Below are positions 24,893 through 36,882 of a DNA stretch of 64,000 nt, one piece after another. The stretch comes from Octopus vulgaris. Lineage: Eukaryota. The notes beneath the pieces are model-generated. The model was not told where the DNA came from and ran no database searches. It saw only the letters and a program-made list of their open reading frames with translations. Within the stretch, counting starts at the first letter, position 1, and each line of letters begins with the position of its first letter. The DNA is taken from the NCBI GenBank assembly GCA_951406725.2, contig OX597841.1, forward strand, positions 20,150,001 through 20,214,000, given 5' to 3'. Made by a program: the position numbers and the translations under genes.

Positions 24893-27079
24893 TAGGTGCA
24901 GATGTGGCTGTGTGATAACAAACTTGGTTCCAAAACACATGGTCCTCAGTTCAGTCCCACTCTGTGGTGGCTTGGCAAGTGTCTTCTGCTAAAGCCTCAG
25001 ACCAACCAAAGCCTTGTCAGTGGATTTTGTAGACAGAAACTGAAAGAAATCAATTGTATATATCATCATCATCATCCTCATCATCATCATCATCATCGTT
25101 TAGCGTCTGCTTTCCATGCTAGCATGGGTTGGACAGTTCAACTGGGGTCTGGGAAGCCAGAAGGCTTCACCAGGCCCAGTCTGATCTGGCAATGTTTCTA
25201 CGGCTGGATGCCCTTCCTAACGCCAACCACTCCGTGAGTGTAGTGGGTGCCTCTTACGTGCCACCGGCACAGGTGCCAGACGAGGCTGGCAAACGGCCAC
25301 GATCGGATTGTTCTTTTTTACTGCCACCGGCACGGAGGCCAGTCGGGGCGGCGCTGGCAATGGCCACGTTTGGATGGTTCTCTTACATGCCACCGGCGCT
25401 GGTATCACAGCTACAATTTCCATTGATGTTGATCAATTTTGATTTTGATTTTGATTCTCACTTGCCTCAACAGGTCTTCACAAGTAGAGTTTTGTGTCCC
25501 AAGAAGGAAAGGTATGCATAAGTGGACTGGCTAAGTCTATGTGTGTGTTTCTCCCTCATCACTGCTTCACAACTGGTGTTCGTTTATTTACATCCCCATA
25601 ACTTACTGGTTTCACAAGAAGAAACTGATAGAATAAGTACCAGGCTTATCAACATAAAAAAAAGCACTAGACTGTGTCTCATATTTTTGTTTGCTCTCTC
25701 AGTTGTATCTATCAATTTATCTTTGTATGTGTGTGTGTATCTATATATATATATATATATATATATAACACCCTAATGGGGGCCTTAACTCCCAAATTTT
25801 AGTTATTTCTTTTATGATCCAAAAATAGGTCAAAAGTACTGAATGGATCTTTATGAAATTTGGAAATTATATTCTATGTATAAGGGCCATAATCCCCACA
25901 AAAATTCATATATTTTGGCTGTTGATGAAATTTTAACCATAGATATTAGACACAAATGAAGTAATATTTATAAAATTTCATCTTCTTACAAGCTAGAAAG
26001 ACCTCTTGATGGGCACTTAACACCCACAACTCAGTCGTTTTATCTATGCAAAGACGACTGCAGTTGTACTCTTGGAAGCTGTAGGGTCACCCGAGCATAA
26101 AAGACGAGCATTATTTGTAATTCAATGGTACAACAGTGTAACACTTTGCTTTGACATACACTTAGATTATGATTTCTGCAATGTGGTGCATAAATTGTCA
26201 AGTAAATGAAAGACATCTTTGCCTCCACTGATTCACTTTGCAAAGTGTTGAGTAAAGTTATTTGGTTGAAGACCTTCTTTCAGTCTTTTTATTATCACTG
26301 GGTCACACATAGTCCCAGGATTGTAATATTGATTTCAAGGCCTTCCCAGGTGAGTGACTGGTTATTGAAAGACATTTATAGATTGTAAATTTATTCTGTC
26401 CAGTTACGTATCAGTATAGTGGTCATTTGCAAACTCCAGAGGTGACACTTTCATGTCTCCTTAGCCTTCATGTTACACAGTTGTTAATGTTTATTTCAGT
26501 TGGGTCATGCTCTTCCAATTGCTATAGATCTGTAATGCATCTTACGGTTGTGCCTGTCACCTGGATGGTGAGGAATCCAACATTGGGAGTGGTAACGACT
26601 AGGGTAGGGTAGCTGACTGCTTATTGTGATCATTCGTCTTTTGGTTTCCTGTAGCTTTGCTCTCTTTTACAAACCCACTGAACATATATTTCCTATTTCA
26701 AAGAAATTCAAACAATAGATATAAGACTCAAGTTAAAAAGATTCTCAACAATTCAACTTCTCTGGTTGACATTAAGACACCCATCCTTAATAGGGGCCTT
26801 AACTCTCACATTTTAGAGCGCCATTTCTCAGGAGCAAAATTCTTTTAACGGGTTCAATAAGACTGGAATTTTGGAATCTGCACATAAAAATCAGTAGAAT
26901 GGGATACATGTGGCACGATTACAATTTCTTTTTAGGGTGTGTAAAGAGGGAAATAATCCTCATCTGCAATTTTGATGAAATTCGAAACATAGATATTCCA
27001 ATTCATTAGAGAAAATATAACAGAAAAGTCTAATTCTTCAATTGCATGTAACATGGGCAACGCCAGGTATCTCTGCTAG
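24163..27079 (+). mobile_element. Probable non-autonomous Helitron span containing nested SINE, RTE and other insertions
   Basis: 5' cctatatatataaaactgag; 3' gggcaacgccaggtatctctgCTAG|T; same termini seen at 38950-39241; continuity between the two ends is inferred. Confidence 0.55.
26135..26922. repeat. About 0.8-kb dispersed repeat; inverted copy at about 58260-58993
   Basis: ORFs MLSFTNPLNI..YKTQVKKILNNSTSLVDIKTPILN (+, 26657) and MLSFTNPVNI.. (-, 58521) are near identical; flanks match in reverse complement. Confidence 0.85.
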
Positions 27080-27993
27080 TATGTATATATATATATATAT
27101 ACATTATATATATACATTATATATATACATTATATACATTATATTATTTTTGTAATTTACTTAATCTTTACTTTTTAATTGTCATTTTAATTTTAACTTT
27201 CCTATGATATGCAATTTTTAAGATGGTGTAATTTAATTGTTCATTTTGAATCGATAAAAGGTGTTTTTTTTCTAATATTTCATGTATAAGCATGTATATA
27301 TATATATATATATATATAGTGGTATAAATATCAACACAATTTTTCCCCTTCCTCCCTTTTTTGTCTCTTCCCTTCTCCAAACTCACAGACACCCACACAC
27401 GCACCCCCACATACGGACACACACACACACCTCCACAAAACTATCATAAAAAGTGGAAAGAATTCTTAAACCCAAATAAACATTTGACCATACCTAATTA
27501 AACACACTCTCCCACAATGATAAAAGGAAGTATAATTTATGGCCTGCCACCACACACTCAGTGATACTGTGAAGTGGTCAAAACTGAAATTCTTTCTTTC
27601 TTTTTTTCCTAAGGCCTTAGAACCCCATTGGAGTCAATATTCTGTCCAGCAGACCAAAAAAATTCTTTTCTTCTTCATCCCTCTCCCTTCCCCTCTTTTT
27701 CTTTAGCACTCATCCCAGATACAAACACACACACACGCACATACACACATGTTCTCTCTCTCAATTTCTCCTCATCCACCTCACCCTCTTGTACTGTCTT
27801 ATATTCCTCCCCACCACTACAAACTCTAAAATGGTCAAAACTCCTCACACAGGAACTTAGTTTGATTTGAAAACCCCACTAGAATGGGAGAAAGCGCTAA
27901 TGATCTAAGTGATATGATATATATATAAAAAATGTAATATACAAATAAATATCTGTAAATATAAACCATCCGATCTTCTGAGTACCTCATTTC

Positions 27994-28025
<32 letters not shown>

Positions 28026-28468
28026 CATGCATACATACACACACACAGGCATAGCTATGTAATAAAAAATTTGGTTCCAAGTCTAGTCTCACTGCGTGGC
28101 ACCTTGGGCAAGTGTCTTCTACTATAGCCTTGGGCCAACCAAAGCCTTGTTTGTGGATTTGGTAGATGGAAACTGAAAGAAGCCTATAGTATATATGTGT
28201 GTGTGTGTGTGTCTGTGTTTCTCCCCCGTCCACTGCTTGACAACCAGTGTTTGTGTGTTTACATCCCTGATAGTTAGCTCTTCAGTAAAAGAGATCAAGA
28301 AAATAAGTATTAAGCTGATAAAAAAAAGAGTCCTGGGGTTGATTCATTCAATTAAGAATTCCTGAAGGCAGGGACCCAGAATGGTTGAAGGCAGGGACTC
28401 AGAATGGTTGAAACAAAAGCAACAAAATGTGATATATTATATATATATATGTTTAACTTATCTTTCAG

Positions 28469-28569
28469 GTTTAATTGACTGTTATATGGCCAGCCACCGA
28501 CCCAGGGAGGCAATCAATTTAGCTGGGAAAGCGGTGAGACAGTTGGGTAACAATGCAAGATCTTTGACG
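28469..28569 (+). CDS. ANAPC7: ANAPC7 coding exon I
   Basis: tcag| ... |gtaagt; (G)LIDCYMASHRPREAINLAGKAVRQLGNNARSLT; phase 1/0. Confidence 0.94.
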
Positions 28570-29619
28570 GTAAGTCAACCCACTTTGTTTTCTTTTGACT
28601 AAACTGAAGGTGTCGAGATTATTTTAATTACCAGAGAGATGGAAGGAATCTTTCTTTAAATTTTGTATTTCCATTACATTTATAAAAGCCACATGTTTGG
28701 TTTTGTAATAAGTTTGATTCCCAACCATATGGTTCCAGGTTCAGTCCTACTGTGAGGCATCTTGGACAAGTGTCTTCTACTACAACCTCCTGCTGACCAA
28801 AGCCTTTAAGGGATTGCTACTTGTTTATACAGCTATCCTCATCCATGCTAGCACAATCTTTTTCCTTATACACCACATCTGATTCCTCTTCTGCCCAGTC
28901 TTGCTCTCATCACATTCCTACTAAGCTCTTCGTGCACACTTTCATTGCACATCAAACAGAGCATTCTCACATTCTTTCTTTCCAGTCTTTTCAAGTCCTT
29001 TGCATTCAGGGCTCTTCTCTCACTACTCTACATTATCACAGTTCTTGCCAGCAGTGGTTGTAGGTCCCTCACTTTTTTCTAACCCATTCTTACTCTGGCT
29101 GCTATACTTCCAGAGCAACCATCTCCTAGGTAACAAAATCTACCGACTGCCAGCAAGCCATCCAATCAGTTCATAGTACATCCTGCTCCACTATATTTAT
29201 CACATACAAAACTTATCTTCTCTGCTAGTCTGCCTGTGATTCCATTACATGTTTTGTGTGTTCATAGCTTACATTAGATACAGTATATGGAGTCTATACT
29301 CACTCCATTATACTCACTCGTGCAAGGGTATTTCCCTAAAACTACTAAGGACAGGCTTCTGTTTTCTTTCCTTTTTACTAAAACTTACGTCATTGCTAAG
29401 TTTACTTTAAGATCTCTCAATTCCAGGTTTAGCTTCCATGCTCAGAATTTCAAATTTTCAATTTGTTAAAAATATAGCAGAAATCCTTAAAATCTGCGAT
29501 GGGCTCTACAGCTGTTTCTGCCTCCTGTCTATTTCTGTGTGCATTGAGTTGCCATTGGCTGGTTTGCAAATGAAATAATAACAATATCCTATCATGTTGT
29601 GCCGCATGGCACAGCTGAC

Positions 29620-31050
29620 CAAGTAAGATTCTTCACCATCATGTTGTGCCATTGTGATTTACTGAATCCATTACAACTTTGGGAAGACCACAAAGACAGC
29701 CTATCTGATGACATCCTCCAAGAAGCTTGATGGTTGCATGGGCCAAGTGTCTCCTACTTGGATGTTATATACACTGAAGCCTTACAGCATTTGGAAGACA
29801 TGCTTAAATCCATTGGGGCCAAAAGCTTATCCGACTATGGCATTCCAACACCTTCAGCTGAACATCACAGCCTTTCAAGAGAAGTCATTCGAGAAAGATC
29901 GTATGACTTGGATGTCCTGAAAAGGTAACTTGATGAAAGTGAACCATTATTGCAGGCTGAGCAAAGGTCTGTTTACAATGAAATAGTAATGTCTACCTTG
30001 CAAGGGGAAGGACATCTTTTCTTCATTGATGGGGGAAATATTTCTACTTGACCTACTTCTGGCAAAAATAAGGCCAATGGGGAACATAGTGTTTACAATC
30101 GCATCGTCAGGGATAGCAGCAACTTTGTTAACAGGTGGACGAATAGCTCACTCAACGTTCAAATTACCTTTCAATTTGACTTCAACGGATGCCCAAATGT
30201 GCCGCATTTCAAAATGATCACTGACGGTGGATGTTCTGCAAAGAAACTACACTTATTGTCTGGGGTGAGTGCATGATGGAGTACCGTGGTCCACTAGAAA
30301 CCCTAGATAGGTCAGTAAGGGATATTAGAAACAGTACTGCCGTTATGGGGAGTGTAAATGTTGTCCTTGCAGGGGATTTCCATCAAATATTACGGGATGC
30401 AGGAGCTGATGAGATCTATGCATGTCTAAAGTCTTCATTTCTGTGGAGGTTTGTTCATCAGCTTTCATAAAGCAAGAATATATGAGCTCATCTCTACAAC
30501 ACCTTAGCTGAGGAATTTTCTCATCACCATCAAATAACACCCTGCAGCAGCATGGACTGCAATGTGGGCACATGGTGTCTACATTGGCCGAGCTTAAAGA
30601 AAAGGTATTTCCCACATAGCATGGTTCGCAGAGAGAGCTGTTTTCGCACCTCAGAATGAGTTGACAAAGTAAACCATGAACTCCTCCACATTCTACCTGG
30701 AGATGCTTCAACATCTGTCTCCATGGATACTACCATTGATGAACATGCCGCTCTTCAGTATCCAGTTGAATTTCTCAACGCTCCCACAGGACTGCCATCG
30801 CATTAGTTGTTCCTAAAGAAAGGTGCACCTATCGTGCTCTTGAGGAATTTGAACCCACCACAACTATGCAATGGTACAGGATTGATTGTAACTACGACGA
30901 CAACTCATGTCCCGCAACCAACCATCATTGCCAGCTGCCATCGAGGGGAGATCGCATACATTCCATGCATGCCCCTTATTCCCTCAAATATGCCAGGTCA
31001 TTTCAAGTGTCTCCGGTTCCCAGTGCAATTCTGCTTTGCTATGACAATTC
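29620..31050 (+). mobile_element. Decayed Helitron RepHel PIF1-helicase fragment
   Basis: LWEDHKDSLSDDIL, ASSGIAATLLTGGRIAHSTFKLP, LIVWGECMM (DE motif), LAGDFHQIL, YPVEFLN, LLRNLNPPQLCNGT, FPVQFCFAMTI; stops, frameshifts and a deleted Walker A. Confidence 0.92.
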
Positions 31051-32148
31051 AATTGTTTAAGTCTGTAAGTCTTGGTCATTTTGGGGGCAATTTTAAGATT
31101 CCCTTCCAATCTAAGCTGCTATTCTACATGTTTTTGGTGACAACAATTTCAGCATTGTGCATCACAAAATGACTGAAAAACATGTTTATAAAGAATAGTT
31201 GTTTGCTTCACACTCCTCGTGTGCCGATTCTGGCCACAAGAAAGAAAGAAACAATACAATGTGGCTGTAGGTCATAACACCAGGGCAACGCCAGGACGCA
31301 TTGGTAGTGTATATGTGTGTGTGTGTGTATATGGATATATATACACACACAAATTGTGTGTGTGTGGAGGCATGTGATTTAATGGTTAGGAAGTTGGGTT
31401 CATGATCATAAGATTGTGGTTTCAATTCCTGGACCAGGCAATGCATTCTGTTCATTTCATTTTCCCCCAGTCCATTCCACAGGTAAGAATGGGTAATGAT
31501 GGACTAGCATCCCACCCAGGGGAGAATAAATACACCATGGAAACCAGGAAACCCTTTTAGTCTAAATGGCTGAGGAAGGGTCTTTATCCTTTTACATATA
31601 TACACACACATACTCATACGTGTAAGTGTGTATATGTTTGTCCCCAAGTCTTGACATTGCATGATAGTCGCAGAGGAGTGTTTCTGTCAAAGACAAGCAG
31701 TGTCGTTGATTTCCTGTATCCTGCAAAAGCATTCCTGGCAATGGGGAAAATATTACCTGACTTGGAAACTGGTGAGGGTTGGCAACAGAAGTGCATCAGG
31801 TGGTAGAAAACCTGCCTCAGTAAGCCCCATCCAACCCATAGAAAAGTAGATGTTAAAATGATGGTAAAAGAGATGAAAATATCACATGACAACTGAACAG
31901 AGGAATGTGGGACACATTTGCTAAAATTTCTTTTTCAGTCACTAATCATCTTTTGCTGTTGACTAAACATATTTAGATGTTTGCAGATACTTTTGCTTAT
32001 TTCTTGTCATATTGCTAACCTTCACTTTCTCTGTTCCAGCTTCCTGTCCCTATACAAACTGAAAGACTCTCTTTCCTTCTCTCTCTCTCTCTCTCTCTCT
32101 CTCACTTTAAACTCTTTATATAAATATATTTCATTCTCTCCCTACAAG

Positions 32149-32193
32149 CTCTATGCCTCTGTACTGTCTGAAGAACCAACAACAGCAATAAAG
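32149..32193 (+). CDS. ANAPC7: ANAPC7 coding exon J (45 nt)
   Basis: caag| ... |gtaagt; LYASVLSEEPTTAIK aligns with APC7 LLATVCLEDPVTQEK; phase 0/0. Confidence 0.88.
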
Positions 32194-32220
32194 GTAAGTC
32201 TCTCTCTTCACACATATATA

Positions 32221-32421
32221 TATCTGTAAAATAATATGTGACAATTATTCGGTAGCCAAGATAAAACTCTGAGTTTCAGATGCCGAAACACCACCATCTC
32301 TTCGGTTATCTGGAGATGGCCAGATAACCGAAGAGATGGTGGTGTGGATTTCCACTTCAGCATCTGAAACTCAGAGTTTTATCTTGGCTACCGAATAATT
32401 GTCACATATTATTTTACAGAT
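32221..32421. repeat. Near-perfect foldback of about 90-100 bp arms (probably Penelope-type inverted end)
   Basis: tatctgtaaaataatatgtgacaattattcggtagcc..ttcggttatctgg / ccagataaccgaa..gtcacatattattttacagata; right arm continues as a unique tail to about 32485. Confidence 0.92.
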
Positions 32422-32480
32422 AAAGTCCTCTATTTACATAATATTGAGGTCTCTTTCTTTCTTTTGTTATCTTACCGTTA

Positions 32481-32530
<50 letters not shown>

Positions 32531-32878
32531 ATAAGTTAAAAATTATCTGAAGTCGTAAGACACCCTCTGTTTTTTCCTGTTATTACTATTCTTGTTTTTT
32601 ATTTCTATTTTTTGTTTCTTGTATTTATATTTGTGTGGCATCCTGTCCTTGTTTCGTATACATTCGATCCTCTTTCCAAGAAATCTAATGCCCGTAGCTT
32701 AGTTTTTATTTGGGCTGGCCGTATCGGAGCGATATCAGGATTAATCAGCCGAAATTGCTAAGATGATCCGGTTCCCGACTGAAGATTAGAGGCTTCGAAT
32801 GACCCGTCTGTTTTTTTGTGTCGTCTCTTTGTGTGTTTTTGCGTTCTTGTTCCATTTTGTAATTTATATTTAATTTCT

Positions 32879-32931
<53 letters not shown>

Positions 32932-33872
32932 TACATATACGTGTGTGTATGTTAAAGTCCTTGGCCTAGTGGTTGTGGTGTTGCACTCACAATCATGAGG
33001 TCATAGTTTCGATTCCCAGGCTGGCATTGTGTTCTTGAACAAACACTTCATTTCACATTAATCCTGTCCACTCACCTATGATGGATTAGCAATGGTGGCA
33101 TCATTTGAGAGTTGCAACAATGCAAGAAAGCAGATGATGCAGCTGGCAGTGTCTGACACCATCTGGTCACTAGCGATACAGTGATACATACATCTCAGTG
33201 TTTGCCAAGGCTTAACCAGTACAATGTTAACAACACCCAGCACACGCTGTAAAGTGGTTGGCATTAGGAAGGGCACTGGGTTGTAGAAACCATGTCAAAA
33301 CAGATCAGTGGAACCTGGTGCAGCTTCCCAGCTTACCAACATTGGAAATGGACTTTAAAGGATGATGATGAGATTTGTGACTTTGTCTAGACTACTATAC
33401 CCATTGTAGTAAGTAATTAACTACTATACAGAAATTGTGAAAGTATACATGGACTTTTAAACATAACTAGTAGTCATTTATACATACATATATATGTATG
33501 TATGTATATGTGCCAGTGACATGTGAAAGACACCCATGCCAGTGGCACCTGTGCTGGTGACATGTAAAAGGGCATCCAGTACACTCTGTAAATGGTTGGT
33601 ATTAGGAAGGGCATCCAGCCATAGAAACCAAACCAAGCCAAAACAGACAACTGGAGCCCGGTGCAGCTCTCTGGTCAAACCGTCCAACCCATGCCAGCAG
33701 AGAAAACAGACAGAGAATGATAATGATATCTAACTTTCTGTCTGTATGTCTATAACCACCTGTCATTGTCTGTAGTCCTATCACTTTCTGACTCTGTGTG
33801 TGTGTACACAGACTGACTGACATGCAAACACATACATATATGTATATAATCTATGTCCACCCCTTTTTTCAG

Positions 33873-33985
33873 GCCAAACAATATGTCGAGAAAGCAATGA
33901 AACTGGACAGTTCATATTTAGAGGCTGTGTATGTGATGACTGTGATACTGGGCAAGGAACAGCAGTACGACAAGGCTATTGAACT
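33873..33985 (+). CDS. ANAPC7: ANAPC7 coding exon K
   Basis: tcag| ... |gtgagt; AKQYVEKAMKLDSSYLEAVYVMTVILGKEQQYDKAIE(L); phase 0/2. Confidence 0.93.
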
Positions 33986-34069
33986 GTGAGTAACCACTCC
34001 TCTATTGAGTAAACTCTTGTCTTCAGTTTTATTTCCCTGTCTGTATCGCCAAGCCTAATATTATTTTTA

Positions 34070-35230
34070 CTAGCAGGACCTGTGACCATTTCACAGAATC
34101 AATGGTAAGCCTATTGGGTTATTCCTGAAAACTTTATCCAAAAAGCCTGAAAACGTAGCTTGTGTTGTGTCTGAATCGAAAGATAGTCACTCATCTGCTA
34201 CTCATTGGAAAATTAAGGAAATTGGAATATGAGGATTACTTAATGCTCTTTATATACTTTATGCACAACTTTATAGACTTAATACACAGCAATCATAAAA
34301 TAAATGTTCATTCTTATTTTTCCATTTTTCCCATAAGCAGAAAAAATTACATTTTAAAATTTACATGGTCACAATTTCATATCTAGAAAACAAAAATTTT
34401 ATAGTACAATTATTTTATATGTAAAATGTAGGGTCACAATTTCGTGAGGGTAAAATTCAATGCAACCTCTGAAAATCACATCATTGATAACTTATAAGCG
34501 AAGGCGATGGGTCAGAGCCAATACACCTTTCAATCCAATGTTTCTTTGCAGAAGATATTCTTTGTGTCAGTTCTCCCTTTTCTTTTCCCTTGCTTGTCAG
34601 TGTTGATAACTTTAACTCTCACATCAGATAAGTCGCTAATCCTTGAGAATGCAACATATAGCTGACCATGGCTGAGTACAAGTTTGGGCAAGAACAGCCC
34701 CACTTTATCAAATGTCTACTCTTGTGATTTATTGATAGTAATTGCATATGACAGGTGAATGGGAAACTGGTTTCTTTCTAAAGTGAATGGCAAGTTTGGG
34801 ATGTGTTAAGTGGTAGGTGATATAAAAAACTTAGTTCAATTAGAAAAAAAAAATTACTTTTCACTATGCACTCACCATCTCTCTCTCTACCTTTTTTTTA
34901 ATCTCACCTTCAGAACATCACCCCTCTGCTAAAATTATATTCCTAACTCTCCTCTATATCACTACCTTCAACTATTTTAACCACGTAATAAATATTACAT
35001 TCCCCCTAACACGTCATTGGACACTTCTCTCTCTCTTTCTGCCTCTCTCTTCTTCTTATCCTCTTTTTCTTTCTCTTCAACTAATCACGTGAAAATGTTA
35101 CAGTTACATTTCCCCTACCTCACGTCATGGATGCTTCTCTCACCCTCTTTTTCTCTCTCCCACTTTTCTTTAATCACGTGAAAGCGTTTCTGATGGGCGA
35201 AGGAACATGACAAGCAGAATTATTATAAGA
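34070..35230 (-). mobile_element. Non-autonomous Helitron with both termini and a helicase C-terminal remnant
   Basis: Minus: A|TC (35230) ... CTGTGA-aatgg-TCACAG hairpin ... CTAG|T (34070); internal FPIHLSYAITINKSQ..SHGQLYVAFSR. Confidence 0.85.
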
Positions 35231-36420
35231 TTAGTGTTGTCATTACTGTTTTTTATTATTTGGGCAGTTGAGGCAGGATATGTAAAATGTCAAATAAAAT
35301 ACCATTCAAGTCCCTCTATGTATGTGTGTGTGTAATGTATATGCGTGTGTATGTATACAAACACACATACAGCATAGTATGCAGTACTGGAATAGCACAC
35401 TTCTGTGTCATTTTTGCCATCTTGGGTGGTCCTTACTTTTATCAGGCAAATTCCTCTAATGTGGGTTACCTTGGGTGAGACAAATGACAAGGCCATTATG
35501 TCTAAGAGAGATGACTGGATGCAGGGCTTACTAAGGAAGTCAGCAATGCTAGATGCAGAAGCCTTAATGGGAGCTGACTCCATTTATAGGCTGGCTATTG
35601 ACTCCCTGTTGAATTCATCTCCCCTTCCTGATGAGTATCGTTATTTTACCCTATCAGAGTGCCCATCAAACCTCGACACATGCAATGGTGAGAGCCTATA
35701 GTGGGGCCGTCAGGTTACACTACTCTACACACTAACTGTTCTTCAAAGCATCTAAATTCCATTCAGCTCTCACAATCACTCCAGAGACACATTACATCAC
35801 TCCGGAACATACTACAGCACCATCCTGAGAGCACTTTGTGGTCATTCAGTTGCAAAAAATAGCAACAAAATCTCCCTCAAATTACAACCTTCATAGCCTG
35901 TACACTATTGCTTAATATAAGCTCCAGAGACTAAGACTTGTCGAAATCATTCACACAACTACTCTACCATCCTAAGATTACTGTTTTACTCAACCTGCTT
36001 AACATAGCAGCAGCAAAATCACCCTCGTTTGGGATAATATGGTCTTGAATATATTATCTTTGCAATCAAAGTGGAAATGTTATGGTTGGATCATTGCTAA
36101 CCAAGACCATCTTAAGAGCGTTTGAGGCTTCTAGCAAATCAATACATTGAGCCTTACAGCATTTATTGAGAGCAAACCACAGTGTGGCTATTTGGTAAGA
36201 AGCTTGCTTTCTAACCACATAGTTCTGGGTTCAGTCCCACTGCGTGGCACCTCAGGCAAGTGTCTTCTACTATAACCACTTACAAAAGCGTTGTGAGTGG
36301 ATTTCAGAAACTGAAAGAAGCCTGTTGTATGTATATATATATATATGTGTGTGTGTATGTGTATGTGTCAGTTTGTGTTTGTCCCCTACCCACCATTGCT
36401 TGGCAACCAATGTTGCTGTA

Positions 36421-36882
36421 CATTATTTACATTTGACGGATATTTGTCCTCATCTTGTTTGTTATTAACACAACATTTCGGCTGGTATACCCTCCAGCCA
36501 TCATCAGGTGCCATGGGAAAATTTCCTACCTGGGTTCTCATTCCTAAGGTATTTTTCGATGTTATTCAGGTCACTGCCTGGAATCGAACTAGGAATCTTG
36601 GGGTTAGTAGCCCGTGCTCTTAACCACTATGCCATATGCCCGTAGTGGTTAAGGGTGCTGGCTACTAACCCCAAGGTTCCGAGTTCGATTCTAGGCAGTG
36701 ACCTGAATAATAATAATAACACCGAAAAATACCTTAGGAATGAGAACCCAGGTTCGAAATTTCCCCAAGACACCTGATGGAAGCTGGAGGGTATACCAGC
36801 TGAAACATTGTGTTAATAACAAACAAGACGAGGTCAAATGTAAATAATGTACATAATTCATCATCTCTTAAATATAGAACTG
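36421..36882. mobile_element. tRNA-headed, hammerhead-bearing retroelement as a head-to-head foldback, inserted into a SINE
   Basis: About 215-bp inverted arms centred at 36631-36641; Pol III A/B boxes; hammerhead cores at 36467-36512(-) and 36769-36814(+); 13-bp TSD caatgttgctgta at 36408-36420 and 36883-36895. Confidence 0.85.

Noticed and set aside
24558-24940. ORFs rich in CV/YI/HT
   Set aside because: (TA)n and (CA)n microsatellite translations; the same applies to most short ORFs in the track
29708-31172. Host PIF1 helicase gene nested in an intron
   Set aside because: Multiple stops and frameshifts, deleted Walker A, no introns, Helitron-type motifs
32770-32810. CTGAAGA..GAA hammerhead-like stretch
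   Set aside because: Stems and the GAAA/NUH elements are too degenerate to support a call
35628-35660. CTGATGA as another hammerhead
   Set aside because: No stem II or GAAA follows
36568-36641. Functional tRNA-Ser(ACT) gene
   Set aside because: Poor acceptor stem, no long variable arm, atypical anticodon, and embedded in a mobile element; treated as a SINE head
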